Source: Verrucomicrobiota bacterium
Lineage (GTDB): Bacteria > Verrucomicrobiota > Verrucomicrobiia > Limisphaerales > JADJPG01
Length of the DNA: 64,000 nt
Reading direction: 5' to 3'
Assembly: GCA_046048995.1 (NCBI GenBank)
Contig: JBJOEZ010000009.1
Span: forward strand, 169,535-233,534
Shown piece after piece: positions 19,994 to 28,996 of this stretch. The translations under genes were made by a program, and so were the position numbers. Each line of letters starts with the position of its first letter. Position 1 is the first letter of the stretch. Below the pieces are notes generated by a model. That model searched no databases. It worked only from the letters and a program-made list of their open reading frames with translations, and was not told where the DNA came from.

Positions 19994-21190
19994 TCACGGG
20001 GTCGCTTTTTCCGGGGTGGTCACCCACTCGAGGTTGAAGCGGGCCGCCACAATCGCGCGCTCGCCCTCATACAGGCACAGCACGGTGCCATCCGGGAGCA
20101 CCGCCAGGTCGGAATAGGCCGAGGGCCCGGCCTCCAAGGTCTTGTTCACCGGCCAGGTCCGGCCATCGTCGCGGCTCAGCTTGATCGAGAGGTTCTCCCG
20201 GCGGCCCCGGCCGGCCGGGATTTCCTCGCCCTCCGCGTTGCGCGCCAGCCGGTGCGGGTTGGAGAACAGCAGCGTGCCGGGCTGGGCGGGATGCGCCACG
20301 ATCCCCGCCATGCAGATGGGCTCCCACAGCTGGTCATGGAACGCGGGCTTGCTCCAGCCGGTGGCGCCGTCGGCGCTGGTGGTCAGAATCTTGCGGTTGG
20401 CCTTGGACACGTTGCGGTTGACGAGCAGGACCCGCCCGTCGGACAGGGTCGTGATCATGGTTTCGTTGGGGTTGCCAAACGGGGCCTCGTTCGGGATGGC
20501 CAGCTCCCCCGCCCGCCAGGTGCTGCCATGATCGTCGCTGTAAATGGTGGCGGAAGCCGAGGGGCTGTGCGCCCCTTCCGGCCCATAGGCCAGCCAGATG
20601 GGCACCACCAGCCGCCCGCTCTTCAACTGCACCCCATGCCCGGGCCCCGTGGCGATCACCTTCCAGTCATACTTCGACCGGAAGGGCTCGAACGCCTTCG
20701 TCACCTCGACCGGCTCGCTCCAGGTGCGGCCGTCATCCGTGCTGCGCATCGAGAAGCAGCGCGCATAGTTGATGCAGTAAAGAAACTCGATGGCGCCCGT
20801 CTCCCGGTCCACGATGGCCACCGGGTTGTTCACCGTCTGCTCGCGCGCACCGGCCGCGTTGCGCTTGTGGGGATTCCCCTCGATGCGCCCCCCCCGGTGT
20901 GCGATCTGCCGGGGCTCCTCCCATGTGCGGCCCCCATCGGTGCTCCGGCGCAGGTGCACCTCGATTTCGCCCCAGTCGGACTTGCTGTTTTTACGCGCCT
21001 CGCAATAGGCCAGCACGGTCCCGCGCGGAGTCACCACCACGCCGGGAATGCGATAAAGCGTAATCCCGTTCAGGCCCGCGGGAAAAACGTCCGTCTTCTC
21101 CAACCGCGGGGCGGCGGCAACGGACCCGGCCAGGAGGACAAGGCCGGCGGCGATGGAGACCAGGCGGGACAGGGGCAATCGACGATTCAT
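19994..21190 (-). CDS. Exo-alpha-sialidase (GH33, BNR/Asp-box)
   Basis: The credible part of track ORF 19994..22639 starts at ATG 21190 (MNRRLPLSRLVSIAAGLVLLAGSVAAA signal). It has YRIP (the FRIP motif) and Asp-boxes STDGGRTW, STDDGRTW, SDDHGSTW and SRDDGRTW. Confidence 0.9.
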   Translation of the reverse strand: MNRRLPLSRLVSIAAGLVLLAGSVAAAPRLEKTDVFPAGLNGITLYRIPGVVVTPRGTVLAYCEARKNSKSDWGEIEVHLRRSTDGGRTWEEPRQIAHRGGRIEGNPHKRNAAGAREQTVNNPVAIVDRETGAIEFLYCINYARCFSMRSTDDGRTWSEPVEVTKAFEPFRSKYDWKVIATGPGHGVQLKSGRLVVPIWLAYGPEGAHSPSASATIYSDDHGSTWRAGELAIPNEAPFGNPNETMITTLSDGRVLLVNRNVSKANRKILTTSADGATGWSKPAFHDQLWEPICMAGIVAHPAQPGTLLFSNPHRLARNAEGEEIPAGRGRRENLSIKLSRDDGRTWPVNKTLEAGPSAYSDLAVLPDGTVLCLYEGERAIVAARFNLEWVTTPEKATP

Positions 21191-21391
21191 GGCATGGGAT
21201 GGTTGTCTGGCGGCTCGGCCGGTTGGCGCGGCGGAAAGGACCGGCGTCAGCCCCGGACCCGCCAACCACAGGGATGGGTGTAGTCCCATCGGCTTCCCCC
21301 GACAAGCCTCCGGATGCCGGGCCTGGCCCCCCGCAGGATGATCTGGATGCCGCGCCCGGAACCCTCTACAACCTGTGCGATTCGATCCTCC

Positions 21392-22960
21392 ATGAACACC
21401 CCCCTCTTGCACCGGTGCATCCTGTGGCTCGCACTCACCCTCCTGCCCGGCGTTCATCCCGCGCGCGCCGCCGCTCCCCCAGCCCAGCCCAACATCGTGC
21501 TGATCTATGCCGATGACCTCGGCTACGGCGACCTGAGCTGCTACGGCGCCACCCGGGTCCGGACACCGAACATGGACCGCCTGGCCCGGGAAGGCCTGCG
21601 CTTCACGGATGCCCACACCAGTTCGGCCACCTGCACCCCCTCCCGCTACTCCATGCTCACCGGGGAATACGCGTGGCGCCGGCGCGGCACCGGGGTGCTC
21701 CCCGGCAACGCGCCACTCATCATCGAACCCGGCCGCGCCACCCTCGCCTCCGTCCTGAAGAAGGCCGGCTACCAGACCGGCGTGGTCGGCAAATGGCACC
21801 TCGGCCTTGGCTCCACCAACCTCGACTGGAACGGCCCCATCCGCCCCGGACCGGGCGACCTGGGCTTCACCTATTCCTTCCTCATGCCCGCCACCGGCGA
21901 CCGCGTTCCCTGCGTCTACGTCGAGAACGACCGCGTGGTCGGCCTGGACCCCAGGGACCCCCTCACGGTCAGCTTCACCGGCCCGCTGGGCCAGGAACCC
22001 ACCGGGCGGCAGAACCCCGAGCGTCTCACCATGCACCCCAGCCACGGCCATGACCAGGCCATCGTCAACGGGGTCAGCCGCATCGGCTACTTCACCGGCG
22101 GGAAGGCCGCCCTCTGGAACGACGCGGACATGGCCGACGACTTCGTCCGCCAGGCCAACCGCTTCATCGAGCGGCACAAGGCGGACCCTTTCTTCCTCTA
22201 CTTCTCCACCCACGACATCCACGTCCCGCGCATTGCCCACCCGCGCTTTGCCGGCCGCAGCCCGATGGGCCCGCGCGGCGATGTCATCCTCCAGCTCGAC
22301 TGGTGCGTCGGGCAACTGCTCGATCAACTCCAGCGCCACGACCTCGAGCGCCGCACGCTGGTCATCCTGACCAGCGACAATGGCCCGGTGGTCGATGACG
22401 GCTACAAGGACGACGCGCGCGAGAAGATCGGCCAGCATCGCCCGGCCGGCCCGTGGCGCGGCGGCAAATACAGCATCTTCGAGGGCGGCACCCGGGTGCC
22501 CTTCCTCGTGCGCTGGCCCGGCCGCGTCCAACCCGGGGTCTCCGACGCCCTCCTCTGCCAGGTCGACCTCCCGGCCACCCTCGCCTCCCTCGTCGGCCAG
22601 CCGCCCGCCCTGCCCGCCGGTCCCGACAGCCAAAACCACCTGGCCGCCCTGCTCGGCGACTCACCCAAGGGACGCACCACCCTCGTCCAGCACGCCGGCG
22701 GCCTGGCCCTGCGCCAGGACCAGTGGAAGTTCATCCCGAAACGCCCCGGCCCCAAGCGCACCCAGTTCACCGACACGGAAACCGGCAACCACCCCGATTT
22801 CCAGCTCTACAACCTGGCCACCGACCCCGGCGAAACCAACAACCTCGCCGCCGCCCAACCCGCCAAGGTGCGCGAGTTGCAGGCCCTGCTCGAGGCCGAG
22901 AAGGCCAAGGGATTCCCCGCCCCGGAAGCCCCCGCCCCCAGGCCCGCGCCCAAGCCCTGA
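21392..22960 (+). CDS. Arylsulfatase-family sulfatase (formylglycine type)
   Basis: ATG 21392 lies inside track ORF 21314..22960 (MNTPLLHRCILWLALTLLPG signal). It contains NIVLIYADDLGYGDL and SSATCTPSRYSMLTG (C-x-P-x-R). Confidence 0.9.
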   Translation: MNTPLLHRCILWLALTLLPGVHPARAAAPPAQPNIVLIYADDLGYGDLSCYGATRVRTPNMDRLAREGLRFTDAHTSSATCTPSRYSMLTGEYAWRRRGTGVLPGNAPLIIEPGRATLASVLKKAGYQTGVVGKWHLGLGSTNLDWNGPIRPGPGDLGFTYSFLMPATGDRVPCVYVENDRVVGLDPRDPLTVSFTGPLGQEPTGRQNPERLTMHPSHGHDQAIVNGVSRIGYFTGGKAALWNDADMADDFVRQANRFIERHKADPFFLYFSTHDIHVPRIAHPRFAGRSPMGPRGDVILQLDWCVGQLLDQLQRHDLERRTLVILTSDNGPVVDDGYKDDAREKIGQHRPAGPWRGGKYSIFEGGTRVPFLVRWPGRVQPGVSDALLCQVDLPATLASLVGQPPALPAGPDSQNHLAALLGDSPKGRTTLVQHAGGLALRQDQWKFIPKRPGPKRTQFTDTETGNHPDFQLYNLATDPGETNNLAAAQPAKVRELQALLEAEKAKGFPAPEAPAPRPAPKP

Positions 22961-23118
22961 CCCCGACCCGTGCCGGGTTAACGCCGCGTTCATCGCCAGG
23001 CATCCGCAGCCCCGCGGAATCCCGGCGCATCGCGCTGCACGACGTTGGTTGAGCAAGGGACGATGCGCGACCCGAGGAAGAGGGCCATTGGGACAAAGAC
23101 CTCGCCGGGGAAAAAAAC

Positions 23119-23193
23119 TGGCTCCAGAGGTAGGACTCGAACCTACAACCACACGGTTAACAGCCGCGTGCTCTACCATTGAGCTACTCTGGA
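23119..23193 (-). tRNA. tRNA-Asn (anticodon GTT), CCA encoded
   Basis: Folded by hand from the reverse complement. Acceptor TCCAGAG/CTCTGGA; D arm GCTC-AATGGTA-GAGC; anticodon stem CGCGG/CCGTG with loop CTGTTAA; T arm GTAGG-TTCGAGT-CCTAC; discriminator G plus CCA. Total 75 nt. Confidence 0.9.
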
Positions 23194-23200
23194 GTCGCTG

Positions 23201-23222
23201 CCTTGGAGCAGGCGCTCCAAGG
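23201..23222 (-). other. Perfect 9-bp hairpin in the predicted 5' leader of pre-tRNA-Asn
   Basis: ccttggagc-aggc-gctccaagg is an exact inverted repeat with a tetraloop. It lies 7 nt upstream of the mature tRNA 5' end and directly downstream of the predicted promoter. There is no U-tract on either strand. Confidence 0.35.
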
Positions 23223-23229
23223 GGGGCAA

Positions 23230-23258
23230 AATCTACAAACCGGTCACCGGACCGTCAA
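23230..23258 (-). promoter_or_regulatory. Candidate sigma-70-type promoter for tRNA-Asn
   Basis: The minus strand reads TTGACG (23258-23253), a 17-nt spacer, then TAGATT (23235-23230). It is about 37 nt upstream of the tRNA 5' end. Confidence 0.45.
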
Positions 23259-23300
23259 CGGCTTTTCCGGGCCGAACATTAGCCGCCAACTCGCCACGGC

Positions 23301-26084
23301 TCACGGCACGGCCAGGCTCGTCCGGTAAAACCGCCGCGAACGCCCCGCGGCCGCGGGGTCCGACACCTCCAGGGTACCGGTGCTGTTCGTCAGCGTCGCC
23401 AGCGGAAACCACCCGCCCAGGTCCGGGGACACCTCCAGCACAAACCGTTGACCCGCCCTGCCCCGCGCGGTGGCCAGGAAGGCACCCCCGGCGTCCCGCC
23501 GCGGATTCACCAGACGCGGCCCCCGGTCGTCATCCCAGATCACCGCATCCGCCTCCACATGGGCCCCAGGCTCCGCCCGCAGGAAGTTGCTCAGGGCCAG
23601 GTGCACGGTCTCGTCCGGCTCCGTCAGCGCGTCGTCCGTGATGTTCACAATCAGCACCAAGCCCGTCGTGCCCGGGCTGAACACCCGGTGCCCGCTGGCC
23701 GCGATGTAGTCGGACGGCGAGGCGCTGCCACCCAGCACCAGGTAGTCAAACTCGACCGGGTCAGCCACCGGCTTGCTGAGCCAGACCGCCACCTGGACGA
23801 AGCCGTCCGATTCCAGCACCGGATACGCCGGGGCGCTGAAACTCACCCGAGGGGCGTCGTCATCCAAAATGGTCAGGACAGCGTTGGTGGGCGCCGCCAG
23901 CAGCGCGTTGGTCGCCGCCGTCAGCCGCAGCACCACCGTCTCCGAAAACTCATCCAGCGTGTCGTTGATCACGCGGATCAGGAAGGAGGCGTTCGTCTCC
24001 CCGGGCGGCACCGTGACCACCCCGTTCGTGGCGGAGAAATCCTGGCCAAACGCGGCCGTCCCGTTGGTGGCCAGCCAGGCCACGGTCACCGGCTGGCCGG
24101 AGGCCCCATTGAGACGGACGGTCACCACGCCATTGGTGCCCCCTTCCCCAACATTGAAGTTGGTGCTGGCAAAGGACACGGAGGGCTGGTCGTCGTTGAC
24201 GATGGTCACCGTGCCGGCCGGACCCGCGAGGGCGTTGGTGGCGTTGAAGAGGTGGACGGCGAAGGTCTCGTTGATCTCCACCTGGGCGTCCGGCTGCAGC
24301 GCGACGTTGAAGGTTTGTGCCGTGCTGCCGGCCGGGAAGGTCAGGCGGCCGCTGGCGGCCGTGAAATCGGCACCCGCCGTGGCCGTGCCGTTGCTGGTCG
24401 CGTAATCAACGGTGACCACCCGCGCCGTGGCCGCGCTGAGCGTGACCCGGACCGTCACCTGGCTGGCGCTCTCGGGGACGTTCGTGGAAACCACGCTCGC
24501 GACCGGCAACGGGCTGGTGTCCAGCGTGATGGTGTCCGTGGCGGAGGCGGACAGGTTGGTGGCGGCGTCGGCGAACTGGACATGGACCGTCTTGGCGCCG
24601 TCCCCGGCGGACAGGGTCCAGGCGCGGTTGGTGGCGTAGGGCTCGAGGGCGGACCACGTCGTGCCGTCGTTGCTGAGGCGCATCCGGCTGACCAGGCCGC
24701 TGTTGTCCGTGGCCGCCAGGGCCAGGATGACAACGGTGTTGGTCGCGAGGGTGGCGCCGCCGTTGATGGTCACCGTCCCCGCCGGCGGGGTGATGTCCGT
24801 GACCACCATGCGGGTGGCGGTGGCACTGCCGGAGGTGCCGCTGACCGTCTGCACGACCGGGAAGGCGCCAAAGTTGGTGAAGACATGGGTCGGGCTGCGG
24901 GCGGTGCTGGTGGCGCCGTCGCCGAAGCTCCAGTGCCACGCCAGGCCGCCCAGCGACATGTCGAGGCACTGCACGGTGACGGGGGCGTTCGCGTTGTTCG
25001 CGGAGAGGGCAAAATAGGGCAGGCGCACGGCGGGCCCGCTGCCCCAGGTGCCCGGGCCGGGGTCGTAGCCGCGCTGGTAGCTCCCGCTGGCGCTGGTCCA
25101 CGTGACCACGGAATTGCTCACGTTCAGGTCCGTGGCGTAGCCGGTGTTGGCGGTGCCGTTCATCCAGAGGCCACGGCCGGGGTCATACACGCTGAAGTAG
25201 ACCACGGGATCCCTGCTCCAACCCACCACCCCCTGCTGGCAGCGCAGGTCGAAGGTGGCACCGCTGTTGACCGTCGTGCTGGTCCACCCCGAGCGGGTGG
25301 GGTCATAGACATGACAGGACACCCCGGCACTGGTGCCGACGGCCACCACCCCGCCCGCGTTGAGCAACTCGCTCACGGTCAGGGGGGCGAGATCCTTGGC
25401 CCGCCAACCGCCGACCAGCGGGTCGTAGGCCCGGGCGTAGGCGCCGCCACCCGTGCTCCAGGCCACCACGCCATCGACCGAACGCAGGTTGGCGGTGGCG
25501 GCGGTGGTGGCGCTGCCGGCCATCCACAGGCGACGCGCGACGTCGTAGATGCGGTAGCGAATGACGCCGGCGCTGGTGCTCCACGTGATCACCCCCTGGT
25601 CCACGCGGAGATCCTGGGTGGGGCCCCAGGCGCCCGATTCGCCGACCCACCGGCCCAGCGCCGCGTCGTAGGTGAAGCACCAGACCGTGGAACTGCTGCT
25701 CCACGCCACCACGCCGGCGGCCGTGGCCAGGTCGAAGGTGGTTCCGGAAGCGATGTTGGTGCTCCGCTGCGCCCCGGCCGCCTCGTCATAAACCGAGAGC
25801 GTGACCACCCCGCCACCGAAGGAGGCCGTGGCGTTGGGATACCGGGCGGAAAAATCGAACACGGTCGCGCGGACGGACAGCACTCCCAAGGCGAGGACGG
25901 CCAGGACCCGCAGGCAGCTCAGCGCCAGGGAGGCCGGGCGGGCGAAAGGATGAAAGGGACGCACGGGTGCCAAGGTTCGCACATTAATCGACCAACCGGC
26001 GGCAAGGCAAGCCAGCGGCGGGGTGGGGCGGCCGGCGGTCTGGTTAAGGGAGTTCCGTCGCAACGACGCCGACAGCCTCCTCAC
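23301..26084 (-). CDS. Large secreted protein: 7x ~40-aa repeat domain, PKD domain and three Calx-beta domains
   Basis: GTG 26084 is an uncertain start; a signal-like LALSCLRVLAVLALGVLSVRA begins ~50 codons in. The PKD-like block is WHWSFGDGATSTARSPTHVFTNFGAFPV. Three Calx-beta-like units are present (VTVDYATSNGTATAGADFTAASGRLTFPAG.., VTVAWLATNGTAAFGQDFSATNGVVTVPPG.., VEFDYLVLGGSASPSDYIAASGHRVFSPG..). Confidence 0.75.
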   Translation of the reverse strand: MRRLSASLRRNSLNQTAGRPTPPLACLAAGWSINVRTLAPVRPFHPFARPASLALSCLRVLAVLALGVLSVRATVFDFSARYPNATASFGGGVVTLSVYDEAAGAQRSTNIASGTTFDLATAAGVVAWSSSSTVWCFTYDAALGRWVGESGAWGPTQDLRVDQGVITWSTSAGVIRYRIYDVARRLWMAGSATTAATANLRSVDGVVAWSTGGGAYARAYDPLVGGWRAKDLAPLTVSELLNAGGVVAVGTSAGVSCHVYDPTRSGWTSTTVNSGATFDLRCQQGVVGWSRDPVVYFSVYDPGRGLWMNGTANTGYATDLNVSNSVVTWTSASGSYQRGYDPGPGTWGSGPAVRLPYFALSANNANAPVTVQCLDMSLGGLAWHWSFGDGATSTARSPTHVFTNFGAFPVVQTVSGTSGSATATRMVVTDITPPAGTVTINGGATLATNTVVILALAATDNSGLVSRMRLSNDGTTWSALEPYATNRAWTLSAGDGAKTVHVQFADAATNLSASATDTITLDTSPLPVASVVSTNVPESASQVTVRVTLSAATARVVTVDYATSNGTATAGADFTAASGRLTFPAGSTAQTFNVALQPDAQVEINETFAVHLFNATNALAGPAGTVTIVNDDQPSVSFASTNFNVGEGGTNGVVTVRLNGASGQPVTVAWLATNGTAAFGQDFSATNGVVTVPPGETNASFLIRVINDTLDEFSETVVLRLTAATNALLAAPTNAVLTILDDDAPRVSFSAPAYPVLESDGFVQVAVWLSKPVADPVEFDYLVLGGSASPSDYIAASGHRVFSPGTTGLVLIVNITDDALTEPDETVHLALSNFLRAEPGAHVEADAVIWDDDRGPRLVNPRRDAGGAFLATARGRAGQRFVLEVSPDLGGWFPLATLTNSTGTLEVSDPAAAGRSRRFYRTSLAVP
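25020..25820 (-). repeat. Seven tandem ~40-residue protein repeats inside the Calx-beta protein (coding repeat)
   Basis: Repeat starts fall at residues 91, 124, 164, 205, 245, 285 and 325. The period is 33 for the first interval, then 40-41. The starts read GGVVTLSVYD, GVVAWSSSSTVWCFTYD..RW, GVITWSTSAGVIRYRIYD..LW, GVVAWSTGGGAYARAYD..GW, GVVAVGTSAGVSCHVYD..GW, GVVGWSRDPVVYFSVYD..LW and SVVTWTSASGSYQRGYD..TW. Confidence 0.7.
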
Positions 26085-26146
26085 GTCGGCTGCTGCGACG
26101 CTGAAAAATCCTCGAAAGGAGGGCTGGGGAGCCTACACTGCGGTGT

Positions 26147-26731
26147 GTGCCCAAGCGCCTCCTGATTATCACGGACGACTCCGGCGAATCGCTGGAGATC
26201 TACTACGCCCAGCAACGCTTCCTGGAAGCCGGCTGGCGTCCCGTCATCGCCGCCACCCAGCGCAAGCTGCTGCACGGGGTCATCCATGACTTTGAACCGG
26301 GCTGGAACACCTATGTGGAGCGGCCCGGCTACCGCATCCCGAGCGAGGTGACCTTCAAGCAGGCGAAGGCGGCCGACTACGAGGCCGTGCTGTGCATCGG
26401 CGGGCGCGCCCCGGAGTTCCTGCGGCACGAGCCCGCGGTGATCCGGTTGCTGCGCGACTTTGACCGCCAAGGCAAGTGGATCTGGTCCATCTGCCATGGC
26501 ATCCAGCTCCTGATCGCGGCGGGCCTCGTGCGGGGTCGGACGCTGACCTGCTACCGCAACGTGCGGTTGGAACTGGAGCAGGCGGGGGGCCGGTGGCTGG
26601 ACCGGCACTGCGTGCGGGACGGCCGCCTGATCACGTCGCAGACGTGGGAGAGCCACCCGGACTTCTACCGCGAGATCTTCCGCAGCCTGGCGGAGGCCCC
26701 GGCACGGGCCTCCCGGCGCCAACCCCGTTGA
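26147..26731 (+). CDS. DJ-1/PfpI-family protein
   Basis: GTG start. The nucleophile elbow is WSICHGIQLL. The overall PfpI-like layout is KRLLIITDD..YEAVLCIGGRAPE. Confidence 0.8.
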   Translation: MPKRLLIITDDSGESLEIYYAQQRFLEAGWRPVIAATQRKLLHGVIHDFEPGWNTYVERPGYRIPSEVTFKQAKAADYEAVLCIGGRAPEFLRHEPAVIRLLRDFDRQGKWIWSICHGIQLLIAAGLVRGRTLTCYRNVRLELEQAGGRWLDRHCVRDGRLITSQTWESHPDFYREIFRSLAEAPARASRRQPR

Positions 26732-26733
26732 AC

Positions 26734-27033
26734 ATGAGCCTGACCCGCCATTGCCACCAGTGCGGCTGGGAATACACCATCACCGGCCTGCCCGGGCGGA
26801 CCGAGACGTGCCACCAATGCGGGGCCGACCTGAAGGTGTGCCTCAACTGCGTCAGCCATGACCGCAAGGTGGCCTACCAATGCCGCGACCGCCGGGCCGA
26901 CCCGGTCATGGACAAGCACCTGGCCAACTTCTGCGAGTATTTCGACTTCATCCGCCGGGAGTGGAAGGGCAAGGCCGCGGATGCCCGGGAGGAAAAGGCC
27001 CGGGACCAGCTGAAGAAGCTGCTGGGGGACTGA
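26734..27033 (+). CDS. Small Cys-rich zinc-ribbon protein (99 aa), function unknown
   Basis: ATG 26734 is in frame inside track ORF 26476..27033, 2 nt after the DJ-1 stop. The cysteine pairs are HCHQCG..TCHQCG..VCLNC..YQC..FCEYF. Confidence 0.6.
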   Translation: MSLTRHCHQCGWEYTITGLPGRTETCHQCGADLKVCLNCVSHDRKVAYQCRDRRADPVMDKHLANFCEYFDFIRREWKGKAADAREEKARDQLKKLLGD

Positions 27034-27062
27034 TCTCCCCTGCGGCCCCGCCGCGGCGGGGG

Positions 27063-28316
27063 TCAGGCGCGCAGCGCGGCGGGCAGTTCGGGCAGCGAAA
27101 CGTGTTGCTCGGCGCGGGTGCGGAGATTCTTCAGGCGCACCCGCAGGCCGACATCCGGCACCGCCTCCAGGCGGCAGGAAAAGGCCGCATTCACCTCCAG
27201 GGCGCGCTTGAACTGCTTGTCCGGCTTGGCGGGCGTGAAGGGGTAATCGACACCAAACCCGGCCGCGCGCAGTTCGGTGATGACCTTCAGGGACGCGTCG
27301 CGCAGCGCCTCCTCCTCAATCAGGAAGAACACATCCAGGCCGGCATCGAACTTCGGCAACCGCCCGCGCGCCTTGAGCAGTTCCAGCAGGACCACGTCGC
27401 CCATGCCGAAGCCGAGGGCGGGCAGGCTCACCTTGCCGTCGCTCATCAGGTGAATCAGCTGGTCGTAGCGTCCCCCGCCGGCGATGGCGCGGAACTCGCC
27501 CTTGCGATCGAAGGCCTCGAACACGATGCCCGTGTAGTAGGCCAGGCCGCGGATGACGTTGTAGTCCACCTTGACGAAGTCGCCGAGACCGCGGGCCGCG
27601 AGGTTGCGCAGGACCTGCTCCAGTTCGGGGGTGGGCTGGCTGGCCTGGATGAAGGCGCGGACATCCTCCAGCGCGAAACCGAGTTTGGACAGGCGCGCGC
27701 GGCTGGCCGCCTCCTCCTCGCGCTCCAGCTTGTCGATGGCCTGGTAGAACTCGTAGGCCTTGGCGGCGTCCGGGCAGCGGGCGGCGAAGAACTGCTGCCA
27801 GGCCTGGCGGCTGCTCAGGCGGAGAACGAAATCGTCGGACGTCAGGCCCAGCGTGCGCAGGGAATCAATGAGCAGCGAGATGATCTCGGCGTCCGCCGCC
27901 GGGTCCGCCTCGCCGATGATGTCAGCGTTGAACTGGAAGTGCTCGCGCAGCCGCCCCTTCTGGGCGCGCTCGTAGCGGAAGAGCTGCGGGATGGCGAACC
28001 ACTTGATGGGCTTGCGGTAGTTGCGCTCATGCGCCGCCACCATGCGGGCCAGCGTGGGGGTCATCTCCGGCCGCAGCGCAATGGCCCGCTCCCCCTTGTC
28101 CGTGAAGTTGTAGAGCTGGCCGACGATTTCGTCCCCGGACTTGCGCGTGAAGAGCTCCAGCGGCTCCAGGGGCGGCCCGTCGTATTCCCGGAACCCATGG
28201 CGGCGGGCGGTGGCCCGCCAGGCGGCGAAAATGTGCTGGCGGGCGTCGGCACTCCACACGTCGGGGTGCGGCAAGGGCTCGGGATAAAAGTCGCGAAAAC
28301 CGGGAAGGCGATCCAT
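27063..28316 (-). CDS. hisS: Histidine--tRNA ligase
   Basis: MDRLPGFRDFYP, ALRPEMTPTLARM, FRYERAQKGRLREHFQFNADIIG (class II motif 2) and GGGRYD (motif 3) are present. Confidence 0.9.
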   Translation of the reverse strand: MDRLPGFRDFYPEPLPHPDVWSADARQHIFAAWRATARRHGFREYDGPPLEPLELFTRKSGDEIVGQLYNFTDKGERAIALRPEMTPTLARMVAAHERNYRKPIKWFAIPQLFRYERAQKGRLREHFQFNADIIGEADPAADAEIISLLIDSLRTLGLTSDDFVLRLSSRQAWQQFFAARCPDAAKAYEFYQAIDKLEREEEAASRARLSKLGFALEDVRAFIQASQPTPELEQVLRNLAARGLGDFVKVDYNVIRGLAYYTGIVFEAFDRKGEFRAIAGGGRYDQLIHLMSDGKVSLPALGFGMGDVVLLELLKARGRLPKFDAGLDVFFLIEEEALRDASLKVITELRAAGFGVDYPFTPAKPDKQFKRALEVNAAFSCRLEAVPDVGLRVRLKNLRTRAEQHVSLPELPAALRA

Positions 28317-28366
28317 GAGGCAGGGGGGACGGCGCGGGAGGCGGGCGGTTCAGGATGTCGAGGCGG

Positions 28367-28410
28367 AGAAATGAAAAGGGCGCCCGCGAGGTCTCCGCTC
28401 GGAGCGCCCT
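28367..28410 (-). terminator. Candidate intrinsic terminator after the HU/IHF-like gene
   Basis: On the minus strand, AGGGCGC..(20 nt)..GCGCCCT is a 7-bp GC-rich stem followed by TTTCATTTCT. It lies between the ihf-like stop (28436) and the hisS start (28316). Confidence 0.45.
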
Positions 28411-28435
28411 GAAAAATCCGGGCGGCCAGGTGGGG

Positions 28436-28792
28436 TCAGTGCTGCTCCTCCGGTCCCCGTTGCTTTTCCTCCTCGGCCTGGGCCTTGGCGGCCTCCTCGA
28501 CCTGGGCGGCGGTCAGCTTGATGACATGCTCGCGCATGTCCTTGCCGGGCTTGAACTTGACCACGGCGCGTTCCGGGATGGGGACGTCGGTTTCCGGGGC
28601 GTTGGGATTCCTCCCCACGCGGGCCTTGCGCACCTTGACTTCAAAAACGCCGAAGTTGCGCAACTCGACCTTGCGCCCCTTGGCGAGGGAATCGGAGATG
28701 TAGTCGAGGGTTTTTTGCACCACGGTGAGGACTTCCTGCTGGACAAGTCCGGTCTCCGTGCTGATCCGAATGACAAGGTCGCGTTTGGTCAT
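28436..28792 (-). CDS. HU/IHF-family DNA-binding protein with an acidic/lysine-rich C-terminal tail
   Basis: MTKRDLVIRISTETGLVQQEV..VELRNFGVFEVKVRKARVGRNPNAPETDVPIPERAVVKFKPGK is a typical IHF/HU fold sequence. Confidence 0.88.
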   Translation of the reverse strand: MTKRDLVIRISTETGLVQQEVLTVVQKTLDYISDSLAKGRKVELRNFGVFEVKVRKARVGRNPNAPETDVPIPERAVVKFKPGKDMREHVIKLTAAQVEEAAKAQAEEEKQRGPEEQH

Positions 28793-28948
28793 GGGGGCTG
28801 GGTTGGGGTTGACGCACTACGACTTGGCTGACGTGTCCCTTTATAAGATGTTGGTAATGATGGGTCAAGGAGTGTTTTGGGGCACTTTGGGGGGCCGGAT
28901 GGAGCCGTTGGCAGGGTCGTCAGACGGCGGTTCCACCCGGGATTTCGG

Positions 28949-28977
28949 TTGACCCTGGGTTAAGCCACTCCTAGTTT
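28949..28977 (+). promoter_or_regulatory. Candidate promoter for the leuA leader
   Basis: TTGACC (28949-28954), a 17-nt spacer, then TAGTTT (28972-28977). It sits ~20 nt upstream of the candidate leader start codon. The -10 match is weak. Confidence 0.3.
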
Positions 28978-28996
28978 TGCCGAGATATTTCAGGCC

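Noticed and set aside
22961-23300. tRNA-Asn as a possible genomic-island integration site, since the large exoprotein gene lies next to it.
   Set aside because: There is no integrase, no excisionase, no direct repeat of the tRNA 3' end that I could find nearby, and no compositional break. The neighbours look like ordinary chromosomal genes.
26116-26146. An AAGGAGGG Shine-Dalgarno-like sequence ~25 nt upstream of the DJ-1/PfpI GTG start, hinting at an earlier start.
   Set aside because: The only in-frame candidate between it and 26147 is a CTG at 26138, and the frame is closed by TGA at 26102. GTG 26147 is retained with an uncertain start.
23448-26165. A 905-aa plus-strand ORF.
   Set aside because: It is antisense to the Calx-beta/PKD protein, extremely Gly/Arg/Asp/His-rich, and has no domain signature.
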